Assembly (NCBI GenBank): GCA_951406725.2
Contig: OX597826.1
Location: forward strand, 57,288,001 to 57,352,000
DNA length: 64,000 nt
DNA from: Octopus vulgaris
Lineage: Eukaryota
Direction of reading: 5' to 3'
This document shows, piece after piece, positions 51,981 through 64,000 of this stretch. The position numbers and the translations under genes are program-made. Under the pieces are notes generated by a model. The model had not been told where the DNA came from. It ran no database searches and worked only from the letters and a program-made list of their open reading frames with translations. The stretch's first letter is position 1, and each line of letters starts with the position of its first letter.

Positions 51981-52851
51981 ATATAAGGTACCAACTCTGA
52001 AGAATACAACATAGGATTTTATTATCTAAGAAGGCAAAGCATCAAATTAAGTAGATATGCAATATTACTTTAACATGGAAAGTGGAGAAATAAGTTACAT
52101 AATCAAACTTTGACAGAGGAAAATTTCTCAAGGAGAGAAGCTAGTAGAGCTTTGGGTCTACTCAAAGCTAAATTGAGAATCTATGAGAGTATTGAAATTA
52201 ATGAATACCTCAGAATAGGTCCAACTAAATAGACTGAAGATTTGACAAGCTTTGTGTAAAATAATGTAAATGGTTCTGACTATAACAGTTCACATTACAA
52301 AGGAAGTGAATGGGATATTAGAGGGAATGGGCATGCATGTGTGTGCATGTGTGTGCATGTGTGTGTGTTTGTGTGCATACGCGTGCACACACATACAAAA
52401 AAGTGCATGCATATCTGAGTATGTTACTAGTAATAGACGAAGAGTTTCATGTTTGTTGGTGCCTGAATAGAATTTTATGAGAAAGAAAAGGATATATTCT
52501 TTACAGGAACTATAACTATTTTCTTGATCTCCCTATATCTGTCAGTCAATGTATTACAAAAAAAAAATTGTGAAGAAAAATGAGAAAATATAGAAATACC
52601 GAGGAATATTTACCTAAAAGTTGGAGTCTACTGACAGATTGACCAAATTCTTTATATTTACTCTTTTTTATTGATAACCTGATCCATAACTCTGTGTATG
52701 TGCAGTGTCATAATCATTTAGCTATTTTCAAATCTTTGTGCGTCCATTATGTTTGAAGACTTGTAACTGCTGCCAAGCACACAAGTTAGGAAATGACAAA
52801 TAAGTAAATTTGGTTTCATCCTATTCCATGCAAGTGCATAAAATCCTTACT

Positions 52852-53030
52852 TATGAAGAACCTCTATGTGGTCACTAGATCTACTAGAAATAGCAGCCAA
52901 GTCCACTTCAAGCTTTATGCTACCTCTTAAAATGAAGTGACACACTGGCTAATAGAGTCGTTGGAATTTGAAAATGATGGCTTGTTTGTGTCTGGAATAC
53001 CTTTTGTCATAGATTAGCTCAATCATGACA
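52852..53030 (+). mobile_element. Family X short retroelement
   Basis: CCTCTATGTGGTCACTAGATCTACTAGAAATAGCAGCCAA head shared with other copies. Confidence 0.65.
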
Positions 53031-53398
53031 AGAACTTGCACAAAAGTGATTAATTAAGGGAACAAACAGAATACAGAAGTTATTGTTTCTAATTTACACA
53101 CAAGGCCAGCAATGTTTAGGGGGTGTAGGTTAAGTAATATCCTTGAGCCCCGTCTGTGACTGGTACTTTATTGGGAGTTGAAAGACAAAGTTAATCTCAA
53201 CAAGATTTGGACTCAGAATGCAAAGACCCAGAGGAACTACCACAAGATAGTTCTTCTGCAACTTCAATATGAACATTTATTGCTAAGTTTTTGTTTCCTT
53301 TCTCTAACTAAAAATGAAATTTCAATTAAGTGAGAATACAGGGATGCTTCAACTTACATCATTTTGAGTTATGTCATTTTTAACTTTGTGTCATTGTT

Positions 53399-53626
53399 TT
53401 AACCCTTTCATTACTGTATTTATTTTGAGATGCTCTGTGTTTCTTTCAATTACTATAAATATAACAAAGAATTTAGTAAAATAACTTAGTTATCATTCAG
53501 TTAGTGTTAGGAACATAAATTGTGACTAAGGTTTGGTGGAAGATTTTAATTCAAAACGTATGAAAACAAGACATTTGTACTCATAGCCAGAGCCGGTTTC
53601 AGCCGGGTTGGTAACGAAAGGGTTAA
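53399..53626 (+). mobile_element. TTAA-targeting MITE family 1
   Basis: TTAA-CCCTTTCATTAC ... GTAACGAAAGGG-TTAA. Confidence 0.92.
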
Positions 53627-54099
53627 AGAAATTAATAGTAATATAAGACTTAACTTAGTCAATTTATTCAAATTTATTTCTGTGTCAGCCAACATTTAAA
53701 AGTATAAGAATTTTAAAAATGCTTAAGAGCCTACACTAAAGAGAAAAAATCAAATATATGGGGAAACGCTTACAAATCATTTATTACAGCAGATATAAAC
53801 TAATAAACATTTTAAATATTAATTTTCATGTTATGTCATTTCTCGAGTAAATTGCATGTCTTGGAACGAATTATCAGTGTAAGTTGAAGTATGTCTGTAT
53901 TTGGCTAATGCTATTATCATTCCTTAACATATTCTAAAACAGTTTATACCATGTTGAAATGAGTTTTAGCTAATTGGCAAAGAATTCAATCCAAGCTATT
54001 ATAACCTTCAGTTATTTCTTCTAACCTCCATTATTCTATGGTCAGTTGTAGCTAAGCCATTAGAATTTTTCTTTGATCTGCCTCTTACCAAATCATCAC

Positions 54100-54332
54100 A
54101 TGCCAACAAGGGAGCCTTTTCACAGTCGTCCTATCCTACTAGAAACAACAACAAAATCTCCCTCCAGTCATACCCTATTGACTTAAAAAGAGAAGGCCAC
54201 ATTAGATAAAATGCTCCTGGATGTACACTCCTGACTAAAAAAAAAGACATGATGATTATAGCTTGAACACCTTTGATCAAGTATCTGCAGCATGATCAAA
54301 GATGAACTGAGGGTGAACAACAACAACAACAA
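54100..54332 (+). mobile_element. Family X short retroelement, near full length with (CAA)n tail
   Basis: Ends GAACAACAACAACAAC. Further diverged copies near 11510(-), 26180/27210(-), 31385(-), 32560(+), 37438(-), 45040(+), 50215(-), 54960(-), 56500(+) and 63640(-). Confidence 0.7.
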
Positions 54333-55095
54333 TCAAAAACTCATCAGGGAATCTTTCAGTTTAAATGCTATCATCCTATTACTCAATGTCCAAATTGCCA
54401 GCGGTCTCTTTCTGCTGTGATACAAAGCATTAATAAAAATCCTATTAACCTATGATATTTACAAATCCCCAAAAATATTCCTTTTAAGACACTGTTTCAT
54501 TTTACTTACAAGTTCTTTAATATTATTAATATATTAGAACATGTTGATGGATTGCAAGAATCATTAGTGCCATACAAAATGTGTTAGATTCTGAGTTCAA
54601 ATTCCACTGAGGTCAATTTTTACCTTTCATCCATCTGAGATCAATAAATAAATATAAAATTCTTGTGGGTGGGGGACTCGCTTGACTATATTCACCCCAA
54701 AATATGAGAATTTTTGCCAATGTTAGAAATCATTATATAAAGAGCACATCTGAATGGTAGAAGGATAACAGACATTACAGTACCTAACAGAATTTAACGA
54801 CATTCATAACTAGCTCACTTCCATATGACTGACCACTTTGATTGCATCCAGATAAACCTCATATGTTGTATTCAATGTAAACTTTCAGTTCCTTTTCATG
54901 TGGGTAAAATTGGACATGGTTTAAGTAACTGATTTTGTGAACTCCTTTGTGATTGTGATTGCAGATGACCCAGTTCATTATTTTTGTATATAAAAGATAG
55001 CAATATCCAGCGTTTCCCTCTTCTTGTGAGCGACTGATACTTGAAATAAAAGTGATTTAGTGGCTATTTCTGGCATACTGTATAATGTTATGGAG

Positions 55096-55248
55096 CAGGC
55101 GTGGCAACCCTTTTTGAGAAGTGGGCTTCATGAGTCACAATCAGGCAAGCTGCACAACTAAAAAAAATTAAGGTTTTTATTTTTTTGTTAGGCATGCCAT
55201 TCAGAAAATCTCACAAGCAGCCTACAGGCTGCAGTTTGCCCATGTCTG
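55096..55248. mobile_element. hAT-type MITE with 8 bp TSD
   Basis: TIRs CAGGCGTGGCAAC / GTTTGCCCATGTCTG. Flanks TTATGGAG (55088-95) and TTACAGAG (55249-56) are both CpG-decay products of TTACGGAG. Confidence 0.75.
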
Positions 55249-56238
55249 TTACAGAGGTTCTTTCACTTGTAGCCACATGTGGTTGTTTGGGTATGCATGT
55301 ATGAATGAAAGAACATGAGGAGGGGCAGTACCCATGAGATTTTTTCAAAACCTCTAAGTCTGGTAGGAAGGAGGGAAGAAAATAACCTAAACAGAAGGCC
55401 TGGCCTGAATGCTTACAACAGTGGATTCACAAAAGGCACCCAAGGGTCAGATAGCAGTGTTCAACAAGGTGATGAATTAAGTTTGCAACTCAGTGTGTGT
55501 GTGTTCATGTGCGTAGATCTACCAATATATATAAAAAAAAACTATGCAATATATGGAAAATACTGCTTGTGTGAGACTTGAACAAATGATACCTATCCAA
55601 AGACATGCACATGCACATGCACACACACACATACATACACACACACATACACACACAGAGCCAATATCAGTGAGGCCTAGCATTTGCAACGAGTCCGAGA
55701 CCTCTAATTGCATGATGCTCATGTTTAAGTGACATATATTGTATTATTTTCTTGCAATGTGTAGTGACTGTGTCTTTGTGCTGGTAAAAGAAACAGATTG
55801 ATATGACCTAATTCACAGATCTTTTTGAGGTTCTTGTTCATGGTCAATGTAGATTTAACATGAAGCATCTAGATTGCAAGTAGACAATGCTTGCACATGG
55901 AGAATTAGGAAGGAATGAAGATGCTGCTATCTACATAGGAATGAGTATTATTGGTAGTGAATGGAAGTCTTCACATATATTAGGGATACTGTGTGGGACA
56001 AAATCGAATCTTGGGCACACCAGAGTTGGTCAGAGAAAGCTCCATTAGCACATATCATGACAGTGTACTTTGAATAAATGCCACTAATTTAAGACACAAA
56101 AAAAGCAAGTGGAGCCCACATATGGGCTACATAGCATGTCTTCTCCACACTATCCATTGTAATCCAGGTAAAAGCAGATGCTCTATTTCCCTCTCTGCAC
56201 ACTATCTCTGAAGAGATTGGAGGAGGAGAGAAAAACCT

Positions 56239-56302
56239 CTCCTTTTTTTCTATTGTATCTCCTTTTTTTCTATTGTATCTCCTTTTTTTCTATTGTATCT
56301 CC
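56239..56302. repeat. 20 bp tandem repeat x3
   Basis: CTCCTTTTTTTCTATTGTAT x3, perfect. Confidence 0.95.
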
Positions 56303-56372
56303 CTTCTTATGTTGGATTCCTTACTATTTTGAGAGCCTCTAAGTTGAAGTGTTACACCACACATACACAAAC

Positions 56373-56450
<78 letters not shown>

Positions 56451-58792
56451 ACACAATCTGTTTTGCATTGTAAGTTGAACTTCCATTCACTGACCACTCA
56501 CATATCTTGTAGAACAACATCTATATGGTTGACCACCTGTTAGAAATTACATCTTGCTGTTTTTAGAAGAGAAGGCTACATTGGATAATAAGCTGACCTT
56601 GGAGAAGAATAAGCTGACCTTGGCTGGAATGCATTTGATCATAGATCAGCTCAACCAGAGGTGACACAGGACTAAAAACAAAACAACTTCTATTTACTGA
56701 CCACTATCATAGAATAACATCCATCCACTAACCACACATATCTTCCTCACAGAGCAACATTCATTACCTGACCATATCCTACCCAAACACAAATATACAT
56801 TACCTAATCATTCATCCAAACATCCAACCATCCACTAACATCATATCAAATGGCTGTTCTTCAAACCACTATAGCACCATAGCAACCAAAAAATAAATAA
56901 TCAAAACATAAATAAATAAACTGTTAAGTGATAATCATTTATTAAGAAGAAAAGAAAGTAAGAATCAATGAAGAAAGTAAACTGTTTGATAGCAGTAATG
57001 AAGTTTCTTGTGATGAAGGCAACACTTACAAAACAGATGTTACAGCTAATTTGTTGTTTACATTGAATTGCTGTACACATTTGAATAGACGAGTTAATAC
57101 AAGCTTTAGTCATAAGAATAAATAAATATATACATAAATAAAATAAAACCAGATTAAAGAGAATTGTTTTTAAATAATTAAAATCAGATTTTATATGTAT
57201 ATGGGAGTGTATGTGTTATACTGTATGTGTGTGTGTGTGTGTGTGTGTGTCAGGGTGTATTTTCATCAAATTCTAGTTATTAATTTCTTTTCAAACTATA
57301 TTATGTTCATAAATTGAAATTACTCACTATAAAAGAGAAAAAGGTCTTTTGAACTAAAAGATATAGAGAATAGATGGGAAAACACTAGGTTTTGTTTAAT
57401 ATTTATAGAACTATTAAAAAAAAAAAACCAAGCTGGGATCAATTTTTATATATTTACACATATATTTCCTTTCCTTATCTCTTTCTATCTTTTATGTATA
57501 TTTTTATTCCTATTTTTTTTTATATATATTTTTCTTCTAACTCCTTTCTAAGTATTTGATAAAACAAAGTTAAAATATATATATGAAATCCTAAAAACTG
57601 ATCTGAATGTCAAAAACCTTCAAAAATCATTTCCTAAAAGGACAGAAATCCAATCATGAAAATCAATAATTCAATAAGTGAAAGGTTACAAAAGAAAACA
57701 TATATAGAAAAAAATATAAAAACCAATAAAATAAAAAAGAAAGTGAGAATCAATTTTGAAATTTTGTGTTTGAGTTTTATTGTCAGGAATTATTGACAGG
57801 AAATTAACAGCTAACGATAATACAAGAGACAAAACAACAACAGTTGTATGAGCGGTAGCAACAACATCAACAACAATAAACCAATACACTAAAAGAGGAG
57901 TGAGATAAGGGTGGTAGTTGTGTTGGGGTGGTGGTGTATGTAGAGGTGTTGAGTGGGATATACTGAAAGAAGAGGGAGTGCATAGATAGAGAAGAGGGAA
58001 GCAAAGGGAATATTTAGGAAATGTATAGAATATGAGAAAGAGCTAAAAGGTATACTACACAGGGACTGTTAAAGAAATAATTGAACACTGAAAGATAAAA
58101 CATTTAAAAGTTACCGATGCAGAAATACTGGGCGTCTGTTAACGATACAGTTGCATAGAGACACAACAACAACAACTTAACAACAGCAACATAACAAAAA
58201 AAAAAGACAGCTACACAAGCAACAATGTAGGAAAATTGCATTGATTTCCAAAATGCATTTCTCAATGAATATGCACACAGCTGAACTAATTACAGCTTAT
58301 TTCCGAGTCAAGAAATAAGGAATTCTGAGGTCTGTGTACCATGAACCAAGTTCCAAACATCTGCTGCTGCTGTATAATTCTGTCAGGCATGTCACTATTT
58401 TGACCCCACCCAGGAATTTTCTTTATTCATTTTATTTATTTATTTATTTTATTTATTGAATTTTTGAAATTTAAAAATTGAAAATTAAAACAAAAAGCAA
58501 TGTTTAGAAACTAAAACCTGTAAATATATTTACAGCATGAAGTTTTTAATTTTCAACTTTGAGAATCATCATTTTTACTGGTTGAAAATTTAAATTCTTT
58601 CAATTCAAAACGATAAGGAATTAATAGGGTTCAATAATAGTAAGCATTTCTTTTTCTACATTTCCAAAGATTTTGACTACTTCTAAAACAACAGTTTAAT
58701 AATTGCCACCCATAACAAGAACAATATAAATACATAAGAGAGTTATTTTTAAATAACATATAAGCAAAATAAATAAATATTAAATAAATAAT

Positions 58793-59198
58793 AGGCACAG
58801 GAGTGGCTGTGTGGTAAGTAGCTTGCTAACCAGCCACATGGTTCCGGGTTCAGTCCCACTGCATGGCATCTTGGGCAAGTGTCTTCTGCTATAGCCTTGG
58901 GCCAACCAATGCCTTATGAGTGGATTTGGTAGACAGAAACTGAAAGAAGCCTGTCGTATATATGTATATATATATGTATGTGTGTGTTTGTGTGTCTGTG
59001 TTTGCCCCCCTAGCATTGCTTGACAACCGATGCTGGTGTGTTTACGTCCCCGTCACTTAGCGGTTCGGCAAAAGAGACCGATAGAATAAGTACTGGGCTT
59101 ACAAAGAATAAGTCCCGGGGTCGATTTGCTCGACTAACGGCGGTGCTCCAGCATGGCTGCAGTCAAATGACTGAAACAAGTAAAAGAGTAAAAGAGTA
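58793..59198 (+). mobile_element. SINE family A, young full-length copy
   Basis: Head to (TAAAAGAG)2 tail; possible TSD TAAATAAATA. Confidence 0.95.
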
Positions 59199-59369
59199 AA
59201 TAAATAAATAGTAATAACAATAAAAGAACCCAAATACTAAGCAAAAATATCACTACTTTAAATATATACTGATAAACTGCAGCTCATTACAGTAGAAATC
59301 TCCCTGTACATTAAAAATACAAAGTCCTGTCTTACTTTATTGCTATCACTAAAGATTAGTAATGAGTAA

Positions 59370-59676
59370 AGGATAGAAGGCAAAGTTGACCCCGGTGGAA
59401 TTTGAACTCAGATCATAAAGATGGATGAAATGCCACTAAGCAGTTTGTCTGGCATGCTAATGACTCTGCTAGCTCCCTGCTTTTTAATACTAATTACAAT
59501 AATAATCATAATAATGGTTTGACATTTTTGCACAAGGCCAGCAATTTCGAGAGAGAGAGGTTAATTACATCAACCTCAGTGCTCAACTGGTACTCATTTT
59601 ATCAACCCCTAAAAGGATGGGAACAAAGTCAGCCCTTGTGAGTTATGAACTCAGAACATAAAGAGCAATAATAATG

Positions 59677-59707
<31 letters not shown>

Positions 59708-60160
59708 TAATAATAATAATAATAATCTTTTCTAGTATAGGCACAAGGTCTGAAATTTTGAGGGGAGGAAGTTAGTTGATAAAATTAACCCCAGTACACA
59801 ACTGGTACTTATTTTATTGACCCTCACCAAAGAGTGAAGGACAAAATCGACCTTGGTGGACTTCAAACTCAGACTGCAGAGACACATGACATGCTGTTAA
59901 GCATTCTGTCTGGTTTGCTAATGATTCTGCCAGCTCATTGCCTTCGCTTAAAATTTTACAGGAGGGGGACTAGTTGATTACATCGACCCCAATGTTTCAC
60001 TGGTACTTAATTTATCAACCTCGAATGGATGAAAGGCAAAGTCAAGCTTGATGGAATTTGAACTCAGAACGTAAAGATGGATGAAATACTGCGAAGTATT
60101 TTGCTCGGCATGCTAACGACTCTGCCAGCTCACTGCCTTTGCCTTAATAATAATAATAAT
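59370..60160 (-). mobile_element. Cluster of about four family D SINE copies, mostly separated by (TAA)n tracts
   Basis: Repeated GGAATTTGAACTCAG / TGCTAATGACTCTGCCAGCTC / GCACAAGG blocks at ~59370, 59515, 59725 and 59950. Confidence 0.85.
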
Positions 60161-61454
60161 GACCAAAAATATTGACTATAGTGTGTGTGTGTGTGTGTGT
60201 GTGAGAAAGAGGGGGGAAGAGAGAAAAGGGAGAGAGAGAATGAGAGTGCACGCACACATGTATGTGTGTGTGTGTGTGTTAAATTAAAAATTCGAGTTCC
60301 AAATTTTCTTTGATGTTTCAGTTATGTCCTCTTGGTAGAAGACAAAATAATACAAGACATCAACTAAAGAGAACAAATTGTTTAGGTGACAGCTAAATAA
60401 TAAAGATTCTAAGCAGACACACATGCAGCGACTGAAATAGGCGAAACCTCTTCCTTACACCAACAACAACAATATTTTATGAGAATGAAAATCTCTCTCT
60501 TTTTTTTTTCTTTTCTTGTCGTCTTTATTATTATTCAATCTACAAGACATTTCTATAATTAATGGAAGATTGGAATAGTATATTTATGAAGAATAATGCC
60601 AAGAATGTGGCTTATGTGAATCCAAAGCAGCAGACTTTATTGTCATAGCAGTGTTAAATAGATTTAAGCAATAATAACCATGTCCTCATTGTAGGAAATC
60701 AAAACAACACTGCTATAACTGACAACTCGATATTTCTAAACTAAAAGCAATAGTTACAGCTTTTCTAGGTTTTAAGATTTTTAAAAATAATTTCAAGCAT
60801 AAATATGAAGGTTCGGAGCATTCATAACTAAGTATATTTTCCTTTTACAATATTTCCTTTTTTTTTTTTTTTTCAAATGATAGAATCTGAAATTACGTTA
60901 TAGTGTGAAATAAGCCAGAAGTCTATCTGGAAAAAAAAGCCTTTCTAAATTTGAGGTCATGAATACATGGGTAAAGTAAGTGATTATTGAATGATAACAA
61001 GTAATGTCTTTAGATAGTTCTTGGTATTTAACCACAGGTTATTTCTAATCAAGCGAATCTATAATCAAGAATGTTTCAACCAGAACCGTAACATTCTTTT
61101 AAATTTCAGAGTATAGTTGGTGCAATACACCTGTCTTTGTTTAATACAATAGGATGTGATTTGAAACAGATCTAGCTGTTATGTCTGCTATATGTAAAAG
61201 GGCAGGAAACATTGCAAAAAAGATCATCATTGGCTCATTTTTGGTTAGTTGCTTGGCTAGGACAGAGATGGCTGCTGGAATGGCAATGATGATAAATGCT
61301 GTGATAAGAGGGGATGAGAAGGAGAGGTAGAGAGCAGGTGTGGTTATAGAGCAAAAGGAAGTGCAATTCACAATCTCAATGTTAGATTTTAGAAGCATGC
61401 CCCACAACACCTTCCACCACTGATGAATACTAAATGAAGCAGAGACAGCAATTT

Positions 61455-61490
<36 letters not shown>

Positions 61491-61588
61491 ACACACACAC
61501 ACACATCAAGCGCTTGTACCTTATATTCATATAGACTTATTTACATATATTCATGTATCTACACACTTCCATGCATATATTAACACAT

Positions 61589-61644
<56 letters not shown>

Positions 61645-63117
61645 CTTCATATATGCATATATTTATACAGATACGAAATATGCCAATAAAATACAAATAT
61701 AATTTCTGTCGCATAATTCGTAGCTAAAAGGATAGGCATGATAATACTATAACTTAAGTAACCATAGTGTATATTTCTTTTCTTTTCTTACTGAGAAATA
61801 AAGCTAATCCCTAGAGGCAGAGGGGTCTACAACAAACTAGCGACTAGGGCCTACCATAAATTGCTGGCTGTGGTTCTGAAAATACATTCCTTATTACCAT
61901 ACTACACTCTCCACCACCACTTCATCCTGTTTGTTTTTATTATTATTCATTTTATTTAATTTTCAAGATAACAAGTGAATAGTAAGCGTAAGAGAGACGG
62001 TTCTAATATGCATGATTGCACTTTACATGCAGCTGTTTGCTGACTTGAATATCTATAAGGGATGCCACCTAGGCATCCCGCTCCACAAATTAAATAGTGT
62101 AATAGGAAAAAAGTGGGTAGGGCAGTTAATCACAGAGCCTGACCCAGCAGAAGAAGTGCTTTGTGCTGTTCATTCTTGCCAAGACGTTGCCAATGCTGTC
62201 ATGTCATGCAAGGCATGACCGAAATGAACAGAACCAGCATCATAACAATTATCTCCTCAATAATGCAATTACAGACAATTTCTGTCAATTTCCATGAGAA
62301 TGTATGTAAAAAGCATAGCTAACTGCAAGGAGAACGTAATCATGTAGAGTTATAAAAGGCACACAGACAGCAAGACACAGATACACACACACACACACAC
62401 ACACACACTCAGAACCAGTAAGAGGCACACCAGGAACATATGTATGACACAAGTTATATACCACCACAGTATATACAATGTACAGTATGGTAATGGTTTA
62501 GAGTGATATGGAACCACAGCTGACTGGCTCAATATGCTGGTAGTAAACCAGCAGTCTTTATACACAGCATAGAGAGTACATATTCAACAATGGTAGGCAT
62601 AAAGTGGTGTTAGAAATCATGAAATACTATCTTTAATATATGCATGTATGTATTTATGTGTGTGTGTGTGTGTATTACTAAGAGACGATTATGCAATCTT
62701 AAATAACCTACAAAGACATTCTCTTCCTCTTGAAAATAAAATATATTCCAGAAAGTCAAGAATATGGAGCCAGTTGTCTTTATTATGTATCATGGAGTTC
62801 AGAGTATAATGAACTAAGCAAACAGAAAGACACTGACATGAAACATCAGTTTGTTAGTTACACATTATCTGATTGAGATCAGTGTTTTTGTCAATAGAAA
62901 ACAAAATTAAATTACAAAAACAACCATGTTGACTAGTAAAAAGAAAGTGAAAAAAATAAAAAAAAATAAAAAAAGAGGAAATAAAAGAATGTAAGCAGTT
63001 TAGGTTTTATTGTCAGTAACAACGAATGGGAGTTCAGAAACAGCAAAGCAAGAGAATGTTATTTATCACATGTCAATAAATAAGCAAACATACAAACTAT
63101 AACAATATTATTGTATG

Positions 63118-63158
63118 TAAACAAAGATAACTCACTGCTAAACAAAGATAACTCACTG
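63118..63158. repeat. 20 bp tandem duplication
   Basis: TAAACAAAGATAACTCACTG x2. Confidence 0.9.
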
Positions 63159-63502
63159 GAGACTGGATAAGGAAATAAAATGATGTAGAATGTGAAAACA
63201 GGCAGACTGAGTTAGTTCAGTTGGTCCAGTTGTCATTGTTGACAACAGGTTAGAACTGTCATCAGAGAACAACATATATTTTATAACAGCAGTTAGATTA
63301 TTATCATCATGAGCTAAGACTAAGTGGAGAGCGTGTAACAGATTTATGGTATAATACTGGAATCTACTAGAAAAGTCAATATAAATATCTGAGGTTATTA
63401 ATGCTATATATTTTTTGATGCTGTTGAGTCTGTTTAGGTTCCAGTATACCCTGGTCGTATCTATCGTCGCATTTTTTTTCAGACAGTTAAGACTACATTA
63501 CT

Positions 63503-63618
63503 TGATGTTAGGAAGGGCCTTCAGTCGTAGAAACTGTGCCAAAGCAGACAACTGGACCCTAGGCAGCTCCTGTCAAACTATCAAGCCCATGCCAGCATGG
63601 AAAACAGACGCTAAATGA
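63503..63618 (+). mobile_element. SINE family C extreme 3' fragment
   Basis: GTTAGGAAGGGC...CCCATGCCAGCATGGAAAACAGACGCTAAATGA. Confidence 0.78.
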
Positions 63619-64000
63619 ATAACCAATAAGCTCATATGCTTTGTTTTTAAGGCATTAGACTGCATGGTTTGAGGGAGATTTGTTTACTATTTCTAAAAGG
63701 ATGAGCAAAATTGTATGTAGACACCCCCATTACTGTAGTTAGTGTTGTGTAAACATTTCAATGATTACAGTGTCAAAAGATATATGCTTATAGTGTTGGC
63801 CTTCAATAGGTCATGATGTGTTAGAATAGTTATATAGTTTGACTACAAGTACCTTTACTGGTTTCAGTTAATCGGATTGGGCTGTACAAGAGTACCAACT
63901 TAAAGGTTTTAGTTGAATTAATGAGACCCAGTATTTTGTATGGCACTTATTTTATCAACCTCATAAAGGAAGAAAAGCAAAGTCATAAAAGGTATAAAGA

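Noticed and set aside
55315-55581. 88 aa ORF MRRGSTHEIF...
   Set aside because: No recognisable domain and it runs into a GT tract; length is compatible with chance.

Overview
AT-rich, microsatellite-dense eukaryotic non-coding DNA (gene desert or very large intron). The SINE/MITE repertoire matches what I recognise from octopus (coleoid cephalopod) genomes. I find no intact protein-coding gene, tRNA or rRNA. Almost all listed ORFs are translations of (TA)n, (CA)n, (ATG)n, (TATC)n or SINE sequence. Supported content: at least 10 copies of a ~410 bp tRNA-derived SINE (family A), four further SINE-like families, TTAA (piggyBac-type), mariner and hAT MITEs, and decayed LINE fragments (two RTE-type, one Tx1/L1-type, one R4/Dong-type). 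There are also several nested insertions with readable target-site duplications and tandem repeats of 20, 45, 103 and ~260 bp. Most notable: an inverted Penelope-like repeat pair with hammerhead-ribozyme-like cores (6.6-7.0 kb); a 636 bp foldback element with outward-facing telomeric repeats (24.4-25.1 kb); a (CAA)n-tailed family whose 5' end resembles an HDV-like ribozyme; and a hairpin that hides a strong splice acceptor (29.0-29.2 kb). Many unique-sequence islands look like candidate enhancers. Family assignments are from pattern recognition, not database searches.
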